Position numbers and translations under genes: made by a program. Below, in pieces: positions 41,194 through 50,296 of a DNA stretch of 64,000 nucleotides. Every line of letters begins with the position of its first letter. Within the stretch, counting starts at the first letter, position 1. The stretch covers positions 32,001-96,000 of the forward strand of contig JAVLKG010000013.1 of assembly GCA_032128875.1 (NCBI GenBank), in the 5' to 3' direction. This stretch comes from Candidatus Melainabacteria bacterium 17Bon1m. GTDB taxonomy: Bacteria; Cyanobacteriota; Vampirovibrionia; Obscuribacterales; Obscuribacteraceae. The notes under the pieces were generated by a model. It searched no databases, was not told where the DNA came from, and worked only from the letters and a program-made list of their open reading frames with translations.

Positions 41194-43332
41194 TTACGCC
41201 AGGATGCTCGGCGAGAAGCCGAGCGCAGAGGGCAGATAGCTGGCTGCAGGTTCGATCTCGATGCCCAGCTGTTGAAGCTGTGCGCTGAGTTTCGATGTGG
41301 GCGAGAATTGCTGCACGCGCGACACTCGTTTGACTGCGAGCATGGCCAGCGGATTGTCGCGTGGAGTCTCCTCCGTCGCGCGCGTGATGTGCCCGAACTC
41401 GAAGTCCAGGATGAGGAAGGACGTTGCCTCCTCGACAGTGGGCGCGACCGCGATGCTGTCACCGGCGCGAACGATGGCGACAGCCTCCCTGTGCCGGTCG
41501 GGCACAGGCGGCTGGAAGTTGATGTGCGTCTCGACCTTGTGGAAGTCTTGAGCGAGCACATAACGCTCCACCGCGCACTCGATGGCGTACTTGATGTGAT
41601 TGACCTTCTGCGTCGTGCAGCGCGTCGTCACCGTCAGGTGAATAACCGCGATGCGTCCGACTTGGAAGGTCTTCACCGACTCCACCGACTTGATGCCGGG
41701 CGAAGTGCTGAGGATGCGGCGGATTTCCTGGTCGTGCTCGATGCCGATGCTGTGCTGCAAAAGCACGTGCCACGCCTTCTGCAAAAGCTCGTTGCCGGTG
41801 CGGAAGATGAGGTAGGCGATGACAATACCGAGCGGATACTCGATCCACGGCGCATGGAAGATGTACTCTGCGAGCACACCGACCAGTGCCACGAGTTCAA
41901 TACGACCATCGCTGGCCGTTTCTTCACCATCGGCAATCAGGCTGTCGTGCCCGGTTTTCTTGCCGACCGTTATCTGATAACGGCTGACAAACCAGGACAG
42001 AGCAACGCTGCCCGCCGTCACTGCCACCACCCAGGGGAAGTGTGAGGAGCTCATGATGAGCGGCTCGAACGCGGGCAATGGGATGATATTGCGCACCGCA
42101 GTGTCGATGTCCGGGAATCCTGCAAGAATGCCCGTTACCGATTTGACGGTGAAGAGAATGGCCATGCCGATGAGGCCAAGCCCGATCGCGCCCGCGGAGA
42201 CGAACTCGATGTTCTTGCGCCCGTAGGCATAACGCTCTGACGGCGGTCGCATCGAGACCTTGATGACGAGGATGACAGCGAGCGCCTCGAAGATGTCGGC
42301 GATGTTGTGCAGACCGTCACCGGTCAGCATCGGCGAGTTGATGGCAGTACCGAGCGTGATCTTCACGATCGATTTCACCACGTACATGGCAGCGACGATC
42401 ACCATGACGAAGATGGGATTGCCGATGTTGTTGCGGATGAAATCAGGCACGAAGCCCCACTTGCCACGCTGCGTCGTCGTCTGTGCGTCCGTCGCAGTCA
42501 GATTGCGGCGGGCGCGAACCGGCTTGGGAAGCGGCTTGCGCTCTTGCGTCGATGGCGCCGCGACGAGAGTCGGAATCGGTGACTGGTCGAGAATCTGATT
42601 GACATAGCTGCCGATCAACGTTCTGCGACCGCGGTCGACCACGATCATGCTGGCCGTGTTTCGCACAGCCGAATGCAGGATGCCTTCGGTGACGTCCGGT
42701 GCGGTTTCGACCTCCGTCTTGAATTCGACGCCCAGTTCGGTAGCCTTCGCTTCGAGAGCGGCGAGGACAGCCAGTGCGCCTTCGCACATGTGGTCGCGGG
42801 CGTCCGCCGACGCGACTTCTGCGCTGCGCCAGGTCGTGTGGTAAAAGACGACCGACCTACCGAGCCTGCGCGCGAGCGGCAAGCCGACGTCAGCGGCGTC
42901 GAGATCGGATTCACTGTCGCCGAACGGGATGAGGAACGGACCTTTCCCTCTTGCGTCGAGCGTGTGCTCGTCGAAAGGAATCAGAACGTTGAAGTCGGAG
43001 CGCCGCCCGACAAGCCCGTGATCGACGACGATGGTTTGGGCGGGAAAAGTGATGGAAGCCGTGGAGTCGAACTCGACGAGGTCGATTTCTCTCTGTGTCA
43101 GTCCCGTCAGCTCTTCCACGTGTGCGAAGACACGCTGCCGCTGCTGGTTGTCGGCGTTTTGCTCCGAAGCGCCCTGAGCCATGGTGCTGCATTGCGCCTT
43201 GACTCGAACGTAGAGAAGCAGCTTGCCGGCGCCCGTCATTTTGATCAGATCAGCCGCGAAGGTGAGTGCTGCTGCACCTTCCGGCGTGTCGGAAAAGACA
43301 ACGCTAATGCGTTGATCCAGTGGCTGATGCAT
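41194..43332 (-). CDS. Cation diffusion facilitator with N-terminal universal-stress (USP) region and C-terminal NifB/NifX-like domain
   Basis: FLIPFGDSE..EGILHSA..MIVVDRG..GSYVNQILDQSPIPTLV (USP); DGLHNIAD, RPPSERYAYGRKNIE, LIADGEETASD (CDF); VAP...ATSFLILD...LQQLGIEI (NifX-like); AAGGAG RBS. Confidence 0.85.
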   Translation of the reverse strand: MHQPLDQRISVVFSDTPEGAAALTFAADLIKMTGAGKLLLYVRVKAQCSTMAQGASEQNADNQQRQRVFAHVEELTGLTQREIDLVEFDSTASITFPAQTIVVDHGLVGRRSDFNVLIPFDEHTLDARGKGPFLIPFGDSESDLDAADVGLPLARRLGRSVVFYHTTWRSAEVASADARDHMCEGALAVLAALEAKATELGVEFKTEVETAPDVTEGILHSAVRNTASMIVVDRGRRTLIGSYVNQILDQSPIPTLVAAPSTQERKPLPKPVRARRNLTATDAQTTTQRGKWGFVPDFIRNNIGNPIFVMVIVAAMYVVKSIVKITLGTAINSPMLTGDGLHNIADIFEALAVILVIKVSMRPPSERYAYGRKNIEFVSAGAIGLGLIGMAILFTVKSVTGILAGFPDIDTAVRNIIPLPAFEPLIMSSSHFPWVVAVTAGSVALSWFVSRYQITVGKKTGHDSLIADGEETASDGRIELVALVGVLAEYIFHAPWIEYPLGIVIAYLIFRTGNELLQKAWHVLLQHSIGIEHDQEIRRILSTSPGIKSVESVKTFQVGRIAVIHLTVTTRCTTQKVNHIKYAIECAVERYVLAQDFHKVETHINFQPPVPDRHREAVAIVRAGDSIAVAPTVEEATSFLILDFEFGHITRATEETPRDNPLAMLAVKRVSRVQQFSPTSKLSAQLQQLGIEIEPAASYLPSALGFSPSILA

Positions 43333-43522
43333 ACATATGCTCCTTCTGCATGCAGACAAGAACGATGTCGCTCCTTCTGCAGCGTCAGTTTCAGAGAGCG
43401 TTGAGATACCTCGGCATCAGTCTTCAGAGAGAATTCTCCTGAATTTGGAACTGATAACGAGAGCTGATGGCGTCTTGTTTTAGTTAGCGCCTTGCGTAGG
43501 GAAAAGAATGGGGTACTTGGTG

Positions 43523-43552
43523 AACTTAGAGATCTCGGTGATATTTGCTCAA
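43523..43552 (-). promoter_or_regulatory. Putative promoter of the CDF-lipoprotein operon
   Basis: Minus strand reads TTGAGC-N18-TAAGTT. Confidence 0.5.
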
Positions 43553-43967
43553 TGGATATCAAGCGTTGTAAACGCTGACAGTTTGTTAAAGGAGCATGGT
43601 TCCTAAGCGTTTGAGTTGAAACTCATAAGTCTTGATCCGGTTACCAGCTCGCAATCTGATTACACATTAAGGAAATTGCGATTGCGAGACGAGGTGCGAA
43701 AACACCCGCAAACCCAGTCAGAAAAATGCTTTCGAGCATCACTGAAGAGCCTCTAATGATCGGCTTCCGCGAGGTTAGCGCTAGCGAAGTTTTTTCTCAG
43801 AATGGTGTTTGCGCAATGTTCAAAAACTGCGTAGATTGCGCCTTAAGCGAAACTCACTGTCTCCTATCGGTTATTCCGCGCGCCTGATCTGTTCTTCGCA
43901 AGCTTATAACCAAAGCTTCTAAAACAAGTGGTGAGCGGAGTTTCATAGATGTCACTCAAAACAGATC

Positions 43968-43997
43968 TTGAGTTTTCACCAGTCAAGTTCATAGGGT
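43968..43997 (+). promoter_or_regulatory. Putative promoter of yccA
   Basis: TTGAGT-N18-TAGGGT, pyrimidine-rich leader, CTCTTTGACA at 44058. Confidence 0.5.
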
Positions 43998-44237
43998 CAC
44001 TCTGCTCTTTTCACTTTTCACCCTTCTGGAATTTTCTTCGGTCCGAAAAACCTGTCTCTCTTTGACATTTTAGACCTCGACTACTTCCTGAAGGAAGAAG
44101 TGAAAAGCCGTCACTCGCATGAAGGTCGGAATCTCCTTGGGTCGTGCTTGTGCGCGGTCCTGACCACCTTTGCGTGTGGTGTCACATGTGGTGCCGCCTC
44201 AGCCGCATCACTTAGCCGAAACTCTTTGGAGTCAAAT

Positions 44238-44894
44238 ATGAACAACGGAACAGTCAGTCAGTCCAAGGGCGGGCTCTTCAGCAAGGTCGCCTTGCTGTTG
44301 ACGGCCTCTATGGGCATCAGCGCGTTCGGTACCTACCTCGGTGCCGGTATCACCTCTCTCGGCGCCATCATCGCTCTTGCGATCGCGTTCATCGCCGGCG
44401 CCTTCATCGTTCCCTTCGCCGCCAAGCGCAGCAAGGAAGCGGGTCTCGTCGCTCTGGCAATCTGGACCTTCATCAGTGGTCTCTTCCTCGGACCCACGAT
44501 GAATCACTACGTCGCTTCCCTCGGGTGGCAGACGGTCTTCCTCTCCTTCCTCGGCACGGGCGGCGTCATGGCTGCCTGCGGCGCGATCGGCGCTCTCTCG
44601 GGCAAGGACTTCTCGAACATGGGTAAGTACCTGATGTTCGGTCTCTTGGCCCTGATCGTCGTCGGCATCGTCAACATCTTCGTGGCGTTTTCCACCGGCG
44701 TGACCATCGTCTACTGCCTCATCGGCATGGCGATCTTCGCCGGCTTCTTCATCTTCGACTTCTTCCGGATTTCGAAGGCGGAGAACACCTGGTTCAACGC
44801 CATCACGGCCACGATGGAGATCTACCTCGACTTCATCAACTTCCTGCTCTACCTGCTCCGCTTCCTGGAAGCGGTGACCGGCAGCAAGAAGTAA
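44238..44894 (+). CDS. yccA: Bax inhibitor-1 / YccA family membrane protein
   Basis: ~7 TM; SGLFLGP, KDFSNMG, FIFDF, IYLDFINFLLYLL; GGAG RBS. Confidence 0.92.
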   Translation: MNNGTVSQSKGGLFSKVALLLTASMGISAFGTYLGAGITSLGAIIALAIAFIAGAFIVPFAAKRSKEAGLVALAIWTFISGLFLGPTMNHYVASLGWQTVFLSFLGTGGVMAACGAIGALSGKDFSNMGKYLMFGLLALIVVGIVNIFVAFSTGVTIVYCLIGMAIFAGFFIFDFFRISKAENTWFNAITATMEIYLDFINFLLYLLRFLEAVTGSKK

Positions 44895-44905
44895 TCTCGG
44901 AATTC

Positions 44906-45007
44906 GTGGGGGCGCGTTGCACGCGTCCTTGAAAATTCTGAACCTGTAGGGGCGATGCCATGCATCGCCCGGTTCCAAATCTGTAGGGGTGATGCCATGC
45001 ATCGCCC
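44906..45007 (+). repeat. Cluster of three REPs
   Basis: 44906-44928 is GTGG type; 44946-44970 and 44983-45007 read GTAGGGGYGATGCCATGCATCGCCC. Confidence 0.8.
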
Positions 45008-45176
45008 TTGCTGAGCGGCAATGCGCGGGAGGGGCGGGTGCAAACTCGCCTCTCTCGTTGCTGCTGCAATCTGACTCTCTGAATCTTTCCTCTCTGGAAA
45101 GCGGCTACCTGAGCCGGACTGTTGAGCAGCGTAACGCTGCAAATATTACCGGCTCAATTGCCGTGGAGAAAAAATC

Positions 45177-46580
45177 ATGAATGACATGCTTGTCATTGAC
45201 GTTGGAAATTCCAATGTCAAATACGCTCTATTTCGTGACGGAAAGTTGACGGACACCTGGCGCCATCCAACCGCGCAGGTGAAAGAGTCGGCTTCCGCCA
45301 TTCTCGACAAAACGACCTGCCCAGTCGCCATCTCTTCGGTGGTGCCTGTCGCGGATCATCATCTCAAAGAGTTGCTCGCCGCCTCAGGTCGCGAAGTAAC
45401 TTCGGTCAGCGCCGTGATGCAGAAGTTGCTCACCGGCATGGCTGATGAGATGGGCGCCGACCGTGTCGCCGATGCGGTTGCCGCCTGGCACCTGTACGGC
45501 AAGGGTCGCACTCCTGTTGCCGTAATCGGCATGGGCACTGCAACGACGATGCTCGTCATCAGCGGTTCCGGTCACGTCAAAGGTGGCTGGATTGCGCCCG
45601 GATTGAGCGTCACGCTGGAAACCCTCCATCATCGCACCGCGCTTCTGCCGCTGCTGAAGATGGAAGGGCAGACGCTGCAGCTCGGCTTCGATACCGACAC
45701 CCACATGCGCAACGGCGTCTTCGCCGGGCACATCGGTCTCGTCCGTGAGTGGTTGGCAATCGCCGACCGCAACCTCTTCGGACCGACCATCTTCGTGGGC
45801 ACCGGCGGTGCCAGCAAGTCGGTGCAGGAGCATGGTAGCCTGAACAACAAGTTGTTCGATATCTGCGATCCGCACCTCACGCTCAAAGGCATTTACCTTC
45901 TGGCTACCTCAGCGAAAAACGCTCCCAAACAGGGTTCTGCCCGTCAGTCAGCCATCGCCAAAAAGCGCTGGGTGAAACTGATGAGCGAACTCGGTGTTGA
46001 AGAGTCGCGCTGGCGGCCGCTGTGGGAGAAGCTTGAGCGTCTTTACTCGGAGCGCGGGCGTTACTACCACAACCTCAAGCACATCGCCAAGACGCTCGCT
46101 CTGCTCGACCGCTTCTCCGGCGGCTCGGCAAGCGCGCTTCTGCGTCTGGCCGCTTTCTACCACGACGCCATTTACGACGTCGCGGCGAAGGACAACGAAG
46201 AGAAAAGCGCTGACATGGCGAAGGAAGACCTGCTTGCCCTCGGGCTGCCGGAGCGCCTCGCCGACGATGTCGCCGAACTCATTCGTGCCACCAAGGGACA
46301 CCGTCCCCTTGCCGGTCGTCTGGCAAAAGACTCGCGTCTTTTTCTGGATGCCGACCTCGCGATTCTGGCGTCGTCACCAAGCGAATACGGTCGCTACGCG
46401 GCTGACATCGCGCTGGAGTACGACTGGATGGATCCAGAGACGTACCGAAAGGGACGTGCGCACGTGCTCAAGAAGTTCATCGACCGCAAGCATCTCTTCT
46501 ACACGCCCTCGGTTCGCGCCGAGCTGCAGAAGAAAGCGGTCGCGAACATGGAGCGCGAATTCCGTCGCTTGAAGGCGTAA
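45177..46580 (+). CDS. coaX: Type III pantothenate kinase fused to a C-terminal HD-superfamily (COG4339-like) domain
   Basis: IDVGNSNVK, ISSVVP, MGADR, GTATT, GGWIAPG, TGG, LTLKG; then RYYHNLKH, FYHDAIYD, DNEEKSA, LDADLAIL. Confidence 0.88.
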   Translation: MNDMLVIDVGNSNVKYALFRDGKLTDTWRHPTAQVKESASAILDKTTCPVAISSVVPVADHHLKELLAASGREVTSVSAVMQKLLTGMADEMGADRVADAVAAWHLYGKGRTPVAVIGMGTATTMLVISGSGHVKGGWIAPGLSVTLETLHHRTALLPLLKMEGQTLQLGFDTDTHMRNGVFAGHIGLVREWLAIADRNLFGPTIFVGTGGASKSVQEHGSLNNKLFDICDPHLTLKGIYLLATSAKNAPKQGSARQSAIAKKRWVKLMSELGVEESRWRPLWEKLERLYSERGRYYHNLKHIAKTLALLDRFSGGSASALLRLAAFYHDAIYDVAAKDNEEKSADMAKEDLLALGLPERLADDVAELIRATKGHRPLAGRLAKDSRLFLDADLAILASSPSEYGRYAADIALEYDWMDPETYRKGRAHVLKKFIDRKHLFYTPSVRAELQKKAVANMEREFRRLKA

Positions 46581-46723
46581 TCGCCGCTTCCACAACTACC
46601 GGGGGGGCGCCGCCATGCGTCGCCCGTTCATACGTGGAAGTCGATTTTTACTTGCAGATAAGCGGGCTCGGCAAACACCACGCTTGCCGTTGCTCCCACC
46701 AATAGTGGCACAAGGAAAAATCC

Positions 46724-47440
46724 ATGAAACCACGCAAACTCAGTCAGGCAGACATTGCCAAAAAGCTTCTTCGCGAAGCTCGGGTGGCGTCGCTTGGCAC
46801 ACTGATGCCGAACGGCACACCGTTCGTCTCTATCGTCGGTGTCGCCACCGCTCACGATGGTTCGCCTCTGCTGCTCATCTCCGGGCTGGCGGTGCACACC
46901 AAGAACGCTCTGCGCGACAATCGCGTCTCGTTGATGGTTGATGAGCGCGGTCACGGTAATCCGCTGGCCAACGGTCGACTATCGCTGACCGGCACGCTCG
47001 CTGTCACCACCGATGCCGAAGACATCCGTCGCTATCAGGCTCGCCAGCCCGATGCGCGTGTCTACGCGTCGATCCACGACTTCGCTTATTACAAGATGAC
47101 CGTGGATGGTGGACACTGCGTCGGCGGCTTCGGTCGCATCTTCGACGTGACGCCGGCAGAGGTCCTCACCAAAATCGACGATGCTCAGAAGTTCGTTGCT
47201 GCGGAGGAGGACTTCATCACCCATCTCAACGAAGACCACGCCGCCACGTGCCGTCTCTACGCCACCAAGCTGCTCGGCGGCAAGGACGGCGAATGGAAGT
47301 GCGTCGGCTGCGATCCCGATGGGCTCGACCTGCAGCTCGGTCGCACTGGACTGCGTCTGGTGTTCCCGCGCAAGGTCCGCACTCCCGGTGCGTTGCGCAA
47401 AGTGCTGAAGGAGCTGGCCGATCAAGCTCGGGCAGCCTAA
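46724..47440 (+). CDS. HugZ-like PNPOx family protein with DUF2470 domain
   Basis: ASLGTL..GTPFVS, LISGLAVHTKN, RVSL, VGGFGRI, HLNEDH, DPDGLDL. Confidence 0.88.
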   Translation: MKPRKLSQADIAKKLLREARVASLGTLMPNGTPFVSIVGVATAHDGSPLLLISGLAVHTKNALRDNRVSLMVDERGHGNPLANGRLSLTGTLAVTTDAEDIRRYQARQPDARVYASIHDFAYYKMTVDGGHCVGGFGRIFDVTPAEVLTKIDDAQKFVAAEEDFITHLNEDHAATCRLYATKLLGGKDGEWKCVGCDPDGLDLQLGRTGLRLVFPRKVRTPGALRKVLKELADQARAA

Positions 47441-47724
47441 GCACTTCAACAGGAGTGAATGCTGCGGAAACGTAGCTTAGTGAACTCGAGGGAGAACTGG
47501 ATAAAACCTTGTTCTCCCTCGGGTTTCTTTTTAGACGTGGAGCTACTGTGCTATGTAGCAAACATGGCCTAGAACGTTTGGAGTTTTGGTCTTTTCCGCG
47601 CGTCAAACGAATGTCATGTCGCGCGACTATTGTTTCACCTAACACCCCTTGCCACCCGGAAATAATGTCACTCAGAAAATGAGTTCGGCACTCGTTTTTA
47701 TTGCCTTTGCGGAGGTTCTTCTAT

Positions 47725-48297
47725 ATGCCAATTTATGATGCTCGTGAAGTCGACTTCGGACAACGCGGCGGCGACCAGCGAAATGACTTCCAGAAAAATC
47801 TCGTCTTTGACAGCAACTTCAACAGCGATTTTTTCGCCGCTATGCAGTCGAAGGTTGATAAAGTGAAAGCATCCGATGACATGGACACTGTTACTATCTA
47901 TGCGGCGCCTGATGACCCGAAGAGAGACGAGTACAACGACCAGGCAATGAATCGGAAGGTGCCTGATGTCTATCCTGCTTTGACCAATGAGCAGGAAACA
48001 TTTGCAGCGGCCGCCGCGGGGATAGTTCAAGAATTCGCCACTGTATTTCCTGATGGATCTGCCAATGAGGCGCTCAATAAGCTGCTCAAACAGTTTTCAG
48101 AAAACCTGCCCAATCAAAGCGTTATCGATGCAATTAACATGAAGATGAGAGACTGGTACCAGGAGCATCCCGGCGAATACCCAGTTCGACTTGGGTTTTC
48201 GGCTCTCACTGGAGACTATTATCTGGGTATACAGCAGGGCGATAAGTACGTACCTACTTTCAGACTGAACGGACAGTCAGGAGAGAGGCTCCAGTAA
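47725..48297 (+). CDS. Hypothetical acidic protein
   Basis: GGAGG RBS, ATG at 47725, 190 aa. Confidence 0.65.
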   Translation: MPIYDAREVDFGQRGGDQRNDFQKNLVFDSNFNSDFFAAMQSKVDKVKASDDMDTVTIYAAPDDPKRDEYNDQAMNRKVPDVYPALTNEQETFAAAAAGIVQEFATVFPDGSANEALNKLLKQFSENLPNQSVIDAINMKMRDWYQEHPGEYPVRLGFSALTGDYYLGIQQGDKYVPTFRLNGQSGERLQ

Positions 48298-48863
48298 GAC
48301 TAGAGCGGTAGGTCGTAAAGGTTGTGAATGCTTTGTTTTTCAGAAGTTGCCATTTCCCATCAATTGCGATGGTTGGTTGAATTGCAGCGATTGTCTCCGG
48401 GTTCCAAAAACTAACTCTAAATCAACGGTGCATGTGTGATGGTGGTGAAAAGTTTGTCGGGTAAATCAACGAAAGTTGGTTTACCCGTTTTTGCTTATGG
48501 TATCGCATATGGTGCCATGGCTAGCATCGCTAGCGCTGTTTTGCAAGGCTGCGAAACATCTTTTCTTTGGCGTCCTTTGCGATTTAACCGAAATAACAAT
48601 TGCGCGCGTGCGTGTGGAAGTGTGAGTGTAATCTTGTAGACTTCCATTCATTTTTTCGATCGCATTTATCCAACCTCCGAAACTACCATTCCACCTGCGA
48701 GCTTCGGCGTTAGGCACTCAACTGCTGTTGAGCAACCTTGGCTCCATTCGTCAATGTGGCGGTCCTGGATTCCGGTTGCCTAGTCACTCGCGCGAAGCTA
48801 GCGAAGGGCGCCTTTCGTAAGCGCCATGCAACAACGAAACCCAACAACACGAAAGATACAAAA

Positions 48864-49211
48864 ATGCAAAAGCTCAAAGGCATTCTGGCTTGCGGCCTGG
48901 TAACAATGCTGATCTTCTCTTTTATCAATCAATTGCTGAATGGCGATAATGCGCCACCGTATTTGGTTACCATTCCCGTCTATGCAGGCATTGGTTTGCT
49001 GCTCGGACTGATGATCGCCTTCGTATTCGATTCGCTCAACCGGATTTTTGCCGGTGCTCTTGGGTTGCTGACATTGCATATCGGCGGTTTGCTAGTTGCA
49101 ATTTTCGTCTTTGATGTCACTCTCCATGCCTGGTTTACGGCAATCAACTTTGTGGTGGTGATGGTCATAGGTGCCATTTGTGGTGCAGTTTACAGAATTG
49201 CTTCACGATAG
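48864..49211 (+). CDS. Hypothetical 4-TM membrane protein
   Basis: Four hydrophobic segments. Confidence 0.65.
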   Translation: MQKLKGILACGLVTMLIFSFINQLLNGDNAPPYLVTIPVYAGIGLLLGLMIAFVFDSLNRIFAGALGLLTLHIGGLLVAIFVFDVTLHAWFTAINFVVVMVIGAICGAVYRIASR

Positions 49212-49242
49212 GCGCAGGCGAATCTGACTTAAGGAAGCGAAC

Positions 49243-49566
49243 ATGATATTTGCCCACCTCATGAAGACACTTTCGCGCCGGATTTCTCGGAGTTTTGAAG
49301 TTGATGTCGTTGAAAGGCAGCGCCAGCGGCCGATTGTCGACGACGAGCGAATCGAGCCGGTGCTTGCACTTTGCGCGCAAAACATGCGCGCCGGCGTTAA
49401 GTCGCAGACTTTTGATATTCCGCGCTGGTTGACGCTGGAAGAGTTCCAGGCAGTTCGGCGCAGAATGCTCGAACAGGGTTGGGAGGTTAAGTACACCTTC
49501 CCTTCTCGATTTCGAGATCGTCCGCAACTGTGCATTGTTCCAATAGATGATTGGAACGAAAACTGA
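49243..49566 (+). CDS. Hypothetical protein
   Basis: AAGGA RBS, 107 aa. Confidence 0.55.
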   Translation: MIFAHLMKTLSRRISRSFEVDVVERQRQRPIVDDERIEPVLALCAQNMRAGVKSQTFDIPRWLTLEEFQAVRRRMLEQGWEVKYTFPSRFRDRPQLCIVPIDDWNEN

Positions 49567-49659
49567 GTTAGACAGAAGAAAACATCAACACAATCGCGCA
49601 ATCCGCCACTCGTGATTCAGCACAAGAGTGGCACTACAGAAGCAACAAGGAAGTTTTCC

Positions 49660-50103
49660 ATGAATCCTATCATCCGCTTTCTCTATCCTGTGGTCGCCCT
49701 CGGGGGGCCATTCATCATCCTGCTCTTCTCTAGCGGTTTCGCACAAAAGATGATCGCCTGCACGCCGAAAGATGTCGTAAGTCCAATCGTGAATACAGAG
49801 CGCGTCGCGATGTTTGAAAAACATCTTCAGATCCGCTACGTGGCGGGCGAGAAGTTCTATTCGATAATCTTTGATTTCAAAGAACTGGGCGATTACAAGT
49901 TCCGCTTTTCCGCCCCGGACAACACGAGGCTGACTAAGTCCAGCTATCTGCCGCGCGACTTCGACAGAGTAATGGAGCCGTACATGCCGGGTCTGCACAT
50001 CGCCGGAGGAATGCTCCCGCGTCGTCTTCGCATGGAAGTTACACACAAGGGAAAAGTAGAAACACACGACTTCTACAATAACTTGTCTCCTCTCGACTAC
50101 TGA
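49660..50103 (+). CDS. Membrane-anchored paralog of the lipoprotein at 37785-38147
   Basis: N-terminal hydrophobic segment; FKELGDYKFRFS and LPRRLRMEVTHKGKVETHDF. Confidence 0.75.
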   Translation: MNPIIRFLYPVVALGGPFIILLFSSGFAQKMIACTPKDVVSPIVNTERVAMFEKHLQIRYVAGEKFYSIIFDFKELGDYKFRFSAPDNTRLTKSSYLPRDFDRVMEPYMPGLHIAGGMLPRRLRMEVTHKGKVETHDFYNNLSPLDY

Positions 50104-50296
50104 TCTGTGAATAGATTGAAACGGCTATGCCACGGGATCTGCGTATCTCGTGGCGGCGATAATTTCCCAGATTTTGTTTTTCATGGCCATACTAGTCTTT
50201 GTCGTAGCGTGCGGCAGAAAGTTAAAACACTGAAGCAAACACCCTCCAGCAGCGCATTGCCGAAGGGTGCTTGCTCGCTTGTGTTGTTCTTATCGG

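Noticed and set aside
44906-45007. Possible mini-CRISPR
   Set aside because: Spacers are only 12-17 bp and the units match the dispersed REP family.
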